DNA of 62,161 bases from positions 1 to 62,161 of the forward strand of contig DAOUPR010000001.1 in the NCBI GenBank assembly GCA_030626065.1, read 5' to 3'. The stretch's first letter is position 1; every line of letters starts with the position of its first letter. Positions 51,477 to 60,856 of this stretch are shown one piece after another. Position numbers and translations under genes: made by a program. Origin of the DNA: Clostridium sp. GTDB taxonomy: Bacteria > Bacillota > Clostridia > Clostridiales > Clostridiaceae. The notes below the pieces were generated by a model, which saw only the letters and a list, made by a program, of their open reading frames with translations, did no database searches and was not told the DNA's origin.

Positions 51477-53081
51477 TTAGTATTTTGCAAATTCCGAATC
51501 ACTTAATTCAATGCTATCAATCTTTCTTGAAGCTTCTGGTTTTAAATTCTGTGTTTTTTTATAACAAAAATCCTTCTCTTTCTTTAATTTGAAAGTACTA
51601 ACTTGTTTCTTCAACATTTGAGATTGTCCAGATAATTCTTCACTCGCAGCCGCCGTTTCTTCTGAAGTTGCTGAAGTTGTTTGTACAACAGCTGCAACTT
51701 CTGTTATTCCTTTATTGATTTGCTCAACACCAACTGCCTGTTCATTAGTCCCAACTGAAATATTTTCTACTAACTTAACTGATTTATCTATATCACCTAC
51801 GATACCATAGAGAGCCTCTGCTGTTACCATTACAATTTGAGATAGTTCATCAATTTTATTAATAGATTCTTCTATTTTAACTGATATTTCTTTTGCTGCA
51901 CTAGCTGAACGTACTGCAAGATTTCTTACTTCCTCAGCTACTACTGCAAACCCTTTCCCGTGCTGTCCTGCTCTTGCTGCTTCTATCGCTGCATTTAAAG
52001 CAAGTATATTAGTTTGAAATGCAATTTCATCAATCACTTTAATTATTTTTGATATATTTTTGGATGATTCATTAGCTTCACTCATTGATTCCAACATATC
52101 ATACATTTGTTTATTTCCTTTTGCTGCATTAGTTTTAGCGATTAATGTAATTTCCTTAGTTTCCTTCACATTTTCAGCATTTTGTTTAGTTTGTAATGCA
52201 ATTTCTTTAATAGACGCTGTTAATTGTTCAATCGAACTTGCCTGTTCAGTGGCCCCTTCTGATAAGGATACACTTGAGTCCGACAACTGATTTGCTCCAA
52301 AAGCAACTTCTTCAGCTGCTGAATTTATATTGTTAACTATATTATTAATGTTTTCAGACATTATATGAAAAGCTTTAGCTAGCTCCCCAATCTCATCCTT
52401 CTTATTAGAAAGTACCTCGGGAATATCTTGTGAAAAATCACCTTCTGCTATAGTATCTACATACTTGATAGCCGCTTTTATAGGTTTTAAATTTTTTGAT
52501 ATTACAAAATAATTAATGATAATTATCACCAATGCTCCTAAAACACCCACTCCAATGACTCTTACCATTGTTCCACTAAAAGATTCCATCATTTCAGCTT
52601 TGTCTACTAATGATAAAACTGCCCCTCCATTACCACTTATTGGTTCATATGCTATATAATAATCAGCATCATTATAATTTACTTCTTCAATTCCTTTTTC
52701 TCCTTTAAGTGCTGCTTCCACGTATTGTTTTAAAACAATATCATCTGTGGCTTTTTTATTATTTATTTTATCTGTCTCTTCTGTATATAGATATACTCCT
52801 TCTGAGGATACCAAAATATTCTTACCTTTTTCTCCAATTTTATATTCTTCCATAATTCCAGGTATTTGCTTCGTTACTGTTTCATTTTTTTCTAAAATCG
52901 ACGATATATTACCAACTATCACTTTTGAATTTAATACAATTTGTTTTTCAACATCTTCCATTAACTTTGCTTTAGTATTAATATTCATAGATATTCCAAC
53001 CGCTGACAAAACTATTAATACAGTTAATGCCATTATTACACTTAATTTTCTTGCTATACTTTTGTTAAAAAACTTAAACAT
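51477..53081 (-). CDS. Methyl-accepting chemotaxis protein paralog lacking about 123 aa of the sensor domain
   Basis: Near-identical to the neighbouring MCP except KQ joins directly to IPGIMEEY. Confidence 0.88.
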   Translation of the reverse strand: MFKFFNKSIARKLSVIMALTVLIVLSAVGISMNINTKAKLMEDVEKQIVLNSKVIVGNISSILEKNETVTKQIPGIMEEYKIGEKGKNILVSSEGVYLYTEETDKINNKKATDDIVLKQYVEAALKGEKGIEEVNYNDADYYIAYEPISGNGGAVLSLVDKAEMMESFSGTMVRVIGVGVLGALVIIIINYFVISKNLKPIKAAIKYVDTIAEGDFSQDIPEVLSNKKDEIGELAKAFHIMSENINNIVNNINSAAEEVAFGANQLSDSSVSLSEGATEQASSIEQLTASIKEIALQTKQNAENVKETKEITLIAKTNAAKGNKQMYDMLESMSEANESSKNISKIIKVIDEIAFQTNILALNAAIEAARAGQHGKGFAVVAEEVRNLAVRSASAAKEISVKIEESINKIDELSQIVMVTAEALYGIVGDIDKSVKLVENISVGTNEQAVGVEQINKGITEVAAVVQTTSATSEETAAASEELSGQSQMLKKQVSTFKLKKEKDFCYKKTQNLKPEASRKIDSIELSDSEFAKY

Positions 53082-53453
53082 TTTTATCCCCCCAGATATT
53101 TTATAAACGCTCATAATAATTTTTATCATTAATATGATTTAATTTTTTTAACTTATAGCTTATTCATAACTCTATTTATTTATATCGAAAATCATTTTAT
53201 ATTAAAATGATTTAGTTAGAAATATTTTAAAATTAAAATTATCATTAAATTATTATTGTATAATTTATATTATATTACAATTCTTTCCCTTTTTCAAAGT
53301 ATATCACTATTTTTCTATAAAATATACTTTACTAACATTTTATGTAATTTTACATTACTGACTCTACAACTGATAATTATTAATACAGCAAAAATAAAAA
53401 GCGAAAAGAGAGAATACCAAAACCACTCTTTTCGCTTTAATTATATATTTATC

Positions 53454-54119
53454 TTATTTCAAACTAATATTTTCTCCCTTTATTCCAATAAAAGCTCCGT
53501 TTTCAATTAGTCTTTTATTAGATTCATGTACTAATAACCATTTATTTTTCTTAAATAATAACTTACTATTTCCACTCATATGTTTTTCTTCTTCTAGAGG
53601 AAGATTTGTACCTTTAGGCAAAATTATTACTGATTTAAATCCCTCTGAATTTACTTCACATGGTGAAAAGTGAAGTGTTGTTTGATACAATTCTAAAGCT
53701 GTACCTTTTGATACAAAAAACATTTCCACATTATCTGAATTATAAATATTATTTTTAATATCTATTATTTTGCCAACCATCAACAGTAAGTCTGTTACGG
53801 CAACAATAGTTTCGCTACCTTTGTGATATTCTAATCCATTCAAAGCTCTATTATGTCCATTACAATAACCAACTTCGATGGGCATTTCGCCATAAATACT
53901 TGATTGAATATTCTTCGTTACTTCAAATTTTTCCATATCAATTATTGAAACCTCATATATATTGCCTCTGAAAGGAACTTGTACTTTTTGATCCATATAT
54001 TCTATATAATCTGTAAAATCAATATCTTTAATAACCCTACCATAAGGCACAAAATCCATATTTTCAATATCCTTGATGGATAAATCAGGATTACAAGCTT
54101 TCACATCCTCAATTTTCAA
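53454..54119 (-). CDS. sftX: DUF4867-family protein of the sulfoquinovose locus
   Basis: GYCNGHN..LNGLEYHKGSE, LHFSPC, NKWLLVH; sft context. Confidence 0.75.
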   Translation of the reverse strand: MKIEDVKACNPDLSIKDIENMDFVPYGRVIKDIDFTDYIEYMDQKVQVPFRGNIYEVSIIDMEKFEVTKNIQSSIYGEMPIEVGYCNGHNRALNGLEYHKGSETIVAVTDLLLMVGKIIDIKNNIYNSDNVEMFFVSKGTALELYQTTLHFSPCEVNSEGFKSVIILPKGTNLPLEEEKHMSGNSKLLFKKNKWLLVHESNKRLIENGAFIGIKGENISLK

Positions 54120-54221
54120 AACTTCATCTCCCTTTAATTTATGGGCACATTATTCTTAAACTAATCTAGTTTATTAAACAACACTTTAAATATCAACAAC
54201 TTTTTTAAAATATATCCTCGT

Positions 54222-56237
54222 TTATATGTTTCCTACACTTTTAAACAATTCTTTAAAGTTTGATTGTTTTCTATAAAAAACAGGTGGATAGCCAATAGGG
54301 GCTTCAACAGTAATTTCTTCACCGCCACTATACTCTTTATCCGACCATAAATATACCCACTCATCTTTTGGTAAATATAATTTTCGAGTAGTTTTTCCTT
54401 CTTCGTATACAGGAGCAACTAACAAATCTCTACCAAACAAATATTCCCATTGCTTATCAAGAGTCTTTTCATCATCATCATAATGAAAGAATAACGGTCT
54501 TATTGCAGGTATTCCTTTTTCACTATTAAGCTCCACAATTTCTTTTATATAAGGTCCTAACCCAGTATATACTTTCCCCATCCTTGCCAAGTGTTCTAGT
54601 ATTTCATCATCACTATCGAATTGAAAATTTCTTTCTGGTTTATTTCCTTCGTGACTTCTCATAACAGGTGTGAATGCATTCATTTCTATCCATCTCAATA
54701 ATAATTCTTTGGATCTCTTCATACTAAGTAAAGTTGTATATCCTCCAATGTCACTATGACATATACCAAACCCAGACATAGAAAGAGATAACTGCGCCGG
54801 AAGCACACAAGGGAGTCCATAATCTTGTGACCAATCCACATGCTGATCACCTGTCCACATTAACGTTGAATATTTTTGAGTACCATTATACCCTGATCTT
54901 GTAAAGAAAAATACTTCTCCTAATTTTCCTTCTTCTTCTATAGCTTCTCTATTTACTTTTGCCCATAAAACAGGCCAAATGTTATGAACATTTTCCCCTT
55001 GAATATTGTTGTAAACTACGGCATCTGCAGGTAGATACTCACCAAAATCTGCCATCCAACCTGATAACCCGAATTCTATCATATTCTTTTTAATAACATT
55101 TTTAATCCATTCATATGCATCAGGGTTAGTCAAATCAATCATACCTGCATAGAAGGTTGTACTTTTCACTAAATAATTACTGCCTTTTTGATTTTTTACT
55201 AAATACTCTTTTTTATCTGCCTCATTATAAAGTTCACCATTCTGAACTAAAAAGGGATTTATATACCCTAAAAAATGAATACCTTGCTCTTTTAAATTTT
55301 TGATTTCTTTATCTAGATTTGGATAAAGTTCTTTATCCCATTCCCAGTTCCATCTTAATTGTTTCCCAAAAGATGTGATTTTTTGTCCTTCCCAATCTTG
55401 ACACCACACACCACTAATTGGTGCATCTTTTTCTTTTACTTTATTTATTTTTTCAAGCATTGTTTCTGTACCATCTTGAATACCTAAAATAACTCCATCA
55501 TAAACCCACTGAGGTAATTTCGGTTGTTTGCCAAGTAACCCCGTCATATTCTCTAATAAATCACAATAATTCTCTTCAATACCTATTACAATTTTACTCG
55601 GTATATTCCAGATGTTTAATTCTACTTCACTATTTTTACTGAAATCAAATCTCATAAAATTATCATCTTCAACATGACAAAAATACTTTTCACTTGAAAT
55701 AAAGGTTGGTTGTGCATAATAACTTTTTGCATATTTAAACTCTTCTGGCTTATACTCTATCTTCAACTTTTTCTTAAAATGCTTTTTTAAAATCCCGCTT
55801 AAACTAACATGCTCAGAAACCCATATATTAACCTGTTCACCTTTTAAATCAAATTTAAGATATTGTTCTCCGCACCCATAAAAATGTTCTTTACTAGAAG
55901 AAGTAAGATTTATCCATAGTCTATTAAAAGCTTCGTCTGTCTCAAACAACATATTAAGCCTATTCTCTACTTCGAATAATTTTATCAAAATTTTATGATT
56001 ATCTTTATCATAAAATTTCAAAATAATCTCCTCATCTTCTTTAACAACTTCAACTTCTGTTAAAGAAAACTTTTCTACCTCTTTTTCACTTACTTTAAAA
56101 CTTCCTCTTTTCATTTTATAAATGGCCTTGCCATAACCTACTGAAATAATAGGCTTACTTTTTTCATGTTCAAAAATCATACGTCCTTTATATTGTAAAG
56201 AGATTTTATTTTCATCTCTAATTATCTTCATTTTCAT
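54222..56237 (-). CDS. yihQ: GH31 sulfoquinovosidase (YihQ/SftG-like)
   Basis: GCGEQ, WCQDW, WMADFGEY nucleophile, SDIGGYT, RSHEGN. Confidence 0.88.
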   Translation of the reverse strand: MKMKIIRDENKISLQYKGRMIFEHEKSKPIISVGYGKAIYKMKRGSFKVSEKEVEKFSLTEVEVVKEDEEIILKFYDKDNHKILIKLFEVENRLNMLFETDEAFNRLWINLTSSSKEHFYGCGEQYLKFDLKGEQVNIWVSEHVSLSGILKKHFKKKLKIEYKPEEFKYAKSYYAQPTFISSEKYFCHVEDDNFMRFDFSKNSEVELNIWNIPSKIVIGIEENYCDLLENMTGLLGKQPKLPQWVYDGVILGIQDGTETMLEKINKVKEKDAPISGVWCQDWEGQKITSFGKQLRWNWEWDKELYPNLDKEIKNLKEQGIHFLGYINPFLVQNGELYNEADKKEYLVKNQKGSNYLVKSTTFYAGMIDLTNPDAYEWIKNVIKKNMIEFGLSGWMADFGEYLPADAVVYNNIQGENVHNIWPVLWAKVNREAIEEEGKLGEVFFFTRSGYNGTQKYSTLMWTGDQHVDWSQDYGLPCVLPAQLSLSMSGFGICHSDIGGYTTLLSMKRSKELLLRWIEMNAFTPVMRSHEGNKPERNFQFDSDDEILEHLARMGKVYTGLGPYIKEIVELNSEKGIPAIRPLFFHYDDDEKTLDKQWEYLFGRDLLVAPVYEEGKTTRKLYLPKDEWVYLWSDKEYSGGEEITVEAPIGYPPVFYRKQSNFKELFKSVGNI

Positions 56238-56430
56238 CTCTTCCACCCCAAAGTTTTTTATATTGAACACCTGTAATCTTTTAACAGATATCTTTAACTT
56301 CTTTATCTACTTCAGATTTTTTTCCACCTTATTTTAATCTTTCTATCTCAGCAAGTAATATTTTATGGTTCTTAGGGCTGATTTTATATTTAAAAAATAT
56401 AAAAAATCCAATTAAAACGATTATTAAAGG
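56218..56430 (-). pseudogene. C-terminal remnant of a GPH/MFS sugar symporter (probable SQ importer)
   Basis: Manual translation PLIIVLIGFFIFFKYKISPKNHKILLAEIERLK*GGKKSEVDKEVKDIC*KITGVQYKKLWG; two in-frame stops; 5' part missing. Confidence 0.7.
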
Positions 56431-56531
56431 ATAATTTTGCTGCGCAAAATCTTTGAATTAATTAAAGATTCTCGACGACAGGAGAGAATCATCCTTAATT
56501 GTGCATTGTGCACTGTGAATTGTGCATTGTG
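56425..56531. repeat. Composite palindromic repeat, copy 7 (left heptamer arm missing)
   Basis: AAGGATAATTTTGCTGCGCAAAATCT-spacer-AGATTCTCGACGACAGGAGAGAATCATCCTT-(ATTGTGC)n. Confidence 0.9.
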
Positions 56532-56535
56532 TTTT

Positions 56536-57849
56536 CTAAATAACTTCCCAGCCCATCAATCTAGTAAATATTTTTACAGACTCAGTATAATCACCATAGA
56601 TCATAGATACATGGTGCGCAACGCCTGAATAGATCACTCTATCTAAAACGTCTTTTATGTTATGCTCAAATTTAACTTTAGCATAAGTACCTCTTAAAAG
56701 TTTCTCCATAGGGATAGCCTCGCCCTTCTCCATGAAAATACGATATTTACCTAATGCTGAATCAATTCTAAGAATAGAAACTTCACCACTCTTTAAAACG
56801 AAATCAGCTGTGACCCCTCTACCGCCTGCAAAGTATGGTTCTAAACTTGCATTACATATACCATCTCTAAGATTGCAAGGTGCAACTCCACAATGCCACA
56901 TTAATGCAAAATCTTTTTCCAAATCAACTTGTGATAAATCAGCTAAAAACGGCTGAGTTCCTGCAACAGCTTTATGTGCTATCATGGAAATAGCTCCTTC
57001 AACATCTCCCTCACAGCTTAAAATATAATCTTCTTCTTGCAAGATAGACATTGCCGCACAAGGTGAAATACCAAAGGTATCAGCAAACTCTGGCCAGCAT
57101 CTAATTGCTAAAGCTGTTATTTTCTTTTCATCTACAAATTTCTTTAATTTAACAGTTAGTTCTGCAACTTTCTCAAGTTGATAGTCTGAAATCTTTGAAA
57201 TATCAAACATTGATTTAATTTGCTTTATTCTACTCTCAACCTCAGCTTTTTCTATCTCTACAGAAAAAACATCTTTTAACTCATAATGATTAAATAATAC
57301 ACCCATTTCTTTAAACATCTTAAGTTCATCAACATTTAAATTGAAAAATCCATGAGCATGATAACCTAAAAGTGCTACATTAGCACCTTCTATTGCAGCT
57401 TTCATTCTAATTGCATCTATCCAATTTCCATCTACTTCGTCTCCTATATTGACATAGTAATTTTCATTACCAGACTTATATAAATTAGAAGCATTCAAAT
57501 TAACACCACAAACAGAATTCAATCTAATTTTACCACCATTATAAGGCAATTCATTAAGACCCCATAAATAAATAGGTTTCTTTAAAATTTTATCAATTTC
57601 TAAAATCAAATGTCCAAGATGGAAAGTTCCACTTATTACAATCACTCCATCTAAAGTCTCTTTTGATAATTTTTGTGCAGCTTGTCTAGCATCTTCTACT
57701 TCTATAACCATATCTTCAATGAAATGTAACGTAACCTCTTCTAAACTATTTAATTTTTTTATAATATCCTCATAAATATCTTTAGCAGCCTCTACATCAA
57801 ATGTATTTCTACCTAAACAGATAACTCCAAGTTCAATATGTTGTTTCAT
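56536..57849 (-). CDS. sftI: L-fucose-isomerase-like sulfoquinovose isomerase
   Basis: IRCWPEF, SCEGD, WHCG, HH motifs; sft context. Confidence 0.8.
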   Translation of the reverse strand: MKQHIELGVICLGRNTFDVEAAKDIYEDIIKKLNSLEEVTLHFIEDMVIEVEDARQAAQKLSKETLDGVIVISGTFHLGHLILEIDKILKKPIYLWGLNELPYNGGKIRLNSVCGVNLNASNLYKSGNENYYVNIGDEVDGNWIDAIRMKAAIEGANVALLGYHAHGFFNLNVDELKMFKEMGVLFNHYELKDVFSVEIEKAEVESRIKQIKSMFDISKISDYQLEKVAELTVKLKKFVDEKKITALAIRCWPEFADTFGISPCAAMSILQEEDYILSCEGDVEGAISMIAHKAVAGTQPFLADLSQVDLEKDFALMWHCGVAPCNLRDGICNASLEPYFAGGRGVTADFVLKSGEVSILRIDSALGKYRIFMEKGEAIPMEKLLRGTYAKVKFEHNIKDVLDRVIYSGVAHHVSMIYGDYTESVKIFTRLMGWEVI

Positions 57850-57866
57850 AGCTCTTCCTTCTTTCG

Positions 57867-58736
57867 TTAAGATTTTGTATCTTCTCTAACAACTTTAATA
57901 GTTGCAGAGAAATCTTCATTACCTAACTCTTGATCCATAGCCTTCTGATAAATATCTTTTACAACCTTTGCGCCTTTTAGATCTATTCCTAACTCTTTAG
58001 CTTGTTTTACAGCTATATTAATATCTTTATGCATATTTGCTACTGAAAAAGCCGTAGCAAAATTGCCTTCTTTAATTGCATTCTTTTTACCATCTAAGTA
58101 GAAGTTTTGTCCTCCACCATAGCTAATAGCCTTAATAACATCATCAAAATTCAAACCTGAATTTTCTGCTAATACTAACATTTCATTAACGCCATTTTGA
58201 ATCTGGGCCACCAACATATTGTGGCATATCTTCATAGTCAAGCCTGTCCCATTATCACCCATATGAATAATATCACTACCCATACAAGCTAGTATTGGTT
58301 TTACTTCTTCAAAAGTTTCTTTGTCTCCACCAACATAAATACCTAATTCACCTTCAATAGCTGCTGGTTTACTTTTAACAACAGGTGCATCTATCATAAT
58401 GCATCCTTTTTCCTTTGCCTCTTTTGCTATGGAAACGCTTGTTGATGGAGTTATTGTACTCATATCAATAAGTATTGTACCTTCTTTTACTTTAGATAAT
58501 AAAACTTCATATACTGCTTTTACATGTTCATCTTTAGGAACCATTGTAACGATTACATCACAATTTTCAGCAATCTCTTCCGATGACTTTGCAGCAATAG
58601 CTCCAATTTTTTCTAGTTGTTTTACCTTTTCATCTACAAAATCAAATACCCATACCTCTAAACCACTTTTTTTCACTATGTTTTCTGACATAGATTCGCC
58701 CATTATACCAAGTCCAATAAATCCAACTTTTTTCAT
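57867..58736 (-). CDS. Beta-hydroxyacid dehydrogenase family reductase, probable sulfolactaldehyde reductase
   Basis: GFIGLGIMG, DAPVVKS, KICHN; sft context. Confidence 0.78.
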   Translation of the reverse strand: MKKVGFIGLGIMGESMSENIVKKSGLEVWVFDFVDEKVKQLEKIGAIAAKSSEEIAENCDVIVTMVPKDEHVKAVYEVLLSKVKEGTILIDMSTITPSTSVSIAKEAKEKGCIMIDAPVVKSKPAAIEGELGIYVGGDKETFEEVKPILACMGSDIIHMGDNGTGLTMKICHNMLVAQIQNGVNEMLVLAENSGLNFDDVIKAISYGGGQNFYLDGKKNAIKEGNFATAFSVANMHKDINIAVKQAKELGIDLKGAKVVKDIYQKAMDQELGNEDFSATIKVVREDTKS

Positions 58737-58737
58737 C

Positions 58738-59412
58738 TTATTCACCACCCTTTGCTGTTTCATCCCAAGCAGTTCTAAATACTCCTAAACCGTGATTAGT
58801 GAAAGGATGATAGAAACTATCTTTATATACACCGAATCCACAAGTTACAATATCTGCACCTGCTTTTGCAGCATCAACAATTTGTTTACCATTTCTAAGC
58901 GCCGCAACTATTATTTCTGTTTGCATATCATAATTTCTATAAACATTTACAATATCCTTAATATACTGTCCACAATCATCTCCGCTACTTTCTTTCCAGC
59001 CAACAAAAGGTGACACATATTTTGATTTAATTCTTCCAGCTTGTAATGCTTGAGATGGTGAAAATACCAATGTTACATTTGTCTTTATTCCTTCTTCAGT
59101 TAAAGTTTTAGCTGCTATTAATCCTTGTTCAGTACAAGGTACTTTTATACAAAAGTTTTTTGACATTGCTGCAATTTTTTTAGCTTCTCTAATCATATCT
59201 TCTGCTTCTTCAAGATACGGATCAATTTCTAAAGAAATAGGAAAATCAATTCCCTCAAACTCAGCTGCAAGCTCAGCTACAACAGTTAAAAATGGTTTGC
59301 CACTTAATTTAATATGTTTTGGGTTAGTTGTAACACCATCAATACCCCAGTTTTTATAAGCATACCTAATTTCATCAATTTTCGCACTATCTAAAAAATA
59401 TTTCATAACCAT
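58738..59412 (-). CDS. sftT: Transaldolase, probable 6-deoxy-6-sulfofructose transaldolase
   Basis: FLDSA, GVTTNP, IKVP Schiff-base lysine, NVTLVFS, SPFVG; sft context. Confidence 0.82.
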   Translation of the reverse strand: MVMKYFLDSAKIDEIRYAYKNWGIDGVTTNPKHIKLSGKPFLTVVAELAAEFEGIDFPISLEIDPYLEEAEDMIREAKKIAAMSKNFCIKVPCTEQGLIAAKTLTEEGIKTNVTLVFSPSQALQAGRIKSKYVSPFVGWKESSGDDCGQYIKDIVNVYRNYDMQTEIIVAALRNGKQIVDAAKAGADIVTCGFGVYKDSFYHPFTNHGLGVFRTAWDETAKGGE

Positions 59413-59426
59413 ACCCCCATTTTATT

Positions 59427-59488
59427 TTAATTAAACTCTTTAATTAATTGCCTATAATAATTTTATTCGAAAAATTAACCAATGTCAA
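59427..59488 (-). promoter_or_regulatory. sft operon promoter and candidate ROK operator
   Basis: TTGACA-N17-TAAAAT (59460-59488); TTAATTAA-N5-TTAATTAA (59427-59447). Confidence 0.65.
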
Positions 59489-59507
59489 TAATTTCATAAA
59501 ATAATTA

Positions 59508-60731
59508 TTAAAGTCCTCCCTTATCATAAAATAGTTCTTTTATAGCAATAACATAAGCACCAATAAGATAGTCTTCATCATTTAATGTACTTTTTTCTAA
59601 AATACAATTTTCTTGATAGTCATTCTTCAAACTAAAAAGTTGTCTTCGCAATTCATTAAAAACTTTAGTATTTTTAAAGAACTGTCCATAAATCACTACT
59701 TTATTAATATCAACAAAAGTTATAACATTAGATATCACCAACGCTAAATCAAAAATAGCTTTATTTATAATTGTATTAGCCTTTTGATCTTGCAAAGGAT
59801 ACCGCTTACCAATCAACTCTATGGTAAGTTCTTTTGAATCCTCTTTACATAAATTATATAAATATGGTGTTTGCTCCTTAGAAAATATCTCTTTAATATT
59901 AGCTACTATTGCTTCTTCAGATGCTAGTGTTTCAAGACAACCCTTTTTACCACATCTACATTCATTACCTTTTACATCAAGAGTCATGTGCCCTATTTCT
60001 CCTGCTAAATATTTTCCTCCATAATGTATGTGCTTATTTAAAATCAGAGCTGACCCTATACCCGGTCCATATTTAATAAACAACAAATCATTTATTAACC
60101 TATTTGATCCCATCTCAATCTCCGCCATAGCCAAGGTTCTAACATTATTATCCACCACAACAGGTACCCCTATATTTTCCTCAAGCAATTCTTTTAAAGG
60201 TACTTTTTCTTTCCAAAGTCCAAAAGCTTTTTTACTTATACCTTTTTCTTTATCCACAAGACCAACAATACTAACGCCAATTCCTAAGACTTGTTCTTTT
60301 GTAAGATTATTTTGCCATAATAATTTCATACAGTTATTAGATACTTCTTTAATAATTGTCTTAGAGTCTTCTCCCTTGTTATTTTGAAGCTTCATTTCAC
60401 CCTTTAATTTTCCCTTTATATTATATATCCCTAAAGTAACTTGTTCTTTAGTTATATCAATAGATACAACATATTTATAATTCTCATTTATATCAATTAA
60501 TATCTTTTTTCTCCCTGCTCTAATTTGTTCTCCTTTCTCAACACCTTTTTCAACAAGGATCTTCTCTTCTATCATCTCATTAGTAATAATAGTAATTGCT
60601 GCTGGAGTTAATTTTATTTTCTCTGCCAAATCTTTTCTTGACATACTCCCTAAATTTTTTAGAGTCCTTAATATACTAGCTCTATTTTGTATCTTTAGAA
60701 TGGTAGAATTAACTCCTTTTGTATTAGACAT
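59508..60731 (-). CDS. ROK-family transcriptional repressor
   Basis: N-terminal HTH SRKDLA..LTPAAI; GPGIGS, GEIGH, CRCGKKGCLE. Confidence 0.92.
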   Translation of the reverse strand: MSNTKGVNSTILKIQNRASILRTLKNLGSMSRKDLAEKIKLTPAAITIITNEMIEEKILVEKGVEKGEQIRAGRKKILIDINENYKYVVSIDITKEQVTLGIYNIKGKLKGEMKLQNNKGEDSKTIIKEVSNNCMKLLWQNNLTKEQVLGIGVSIVGLVDKEKGISKKAFGLWKEKVPLKELLEENIGVPVVVDNNVRTLAMAEIEMGSNRLINDLLFIKYGPGIGSALILNKHIHYGGKYLAGEIGHMTLDVKGNECRCGKKGCLETLASEEAIVANIKEIFSKEQTPYLYNLCKEDSKELTIELIGKRYPLQDQKANTIINKAIFDLALVISNVITFVDINKVVIYGQFFKNTKVFNELRRQLFSLKNDYQENCILEKSTLNDEDYLIGAYVIAIKELFYDKGGL

Positions 60732-60814
60732 AAACCTTTCACCTCATAATAATTTATATTTTGTTATCATTATACAATAGATTTTTTTCTAATTCTATTG
60801 TATAATAATTTTAA

Positions 60815-60835
60815 TTAATTAACAACTTTAATTAA
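60815..60835. promoter_or_regulatory. Second candidate ROK operator
   Basis: TTAATTAA-CAACT-TTAATTAA just downstream of TATAAT (60801-60806). Confidence 0.55.
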
Positions 60836-60856
60836 TATTCATCACGAGATGAACTT

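Noticed and set aside
56437-56628. 63-aa Cys-rich ORF (NCALCTVNCALC)
   Set aside because: It is the translation of the heptamer repeat arm running into antisense sftI
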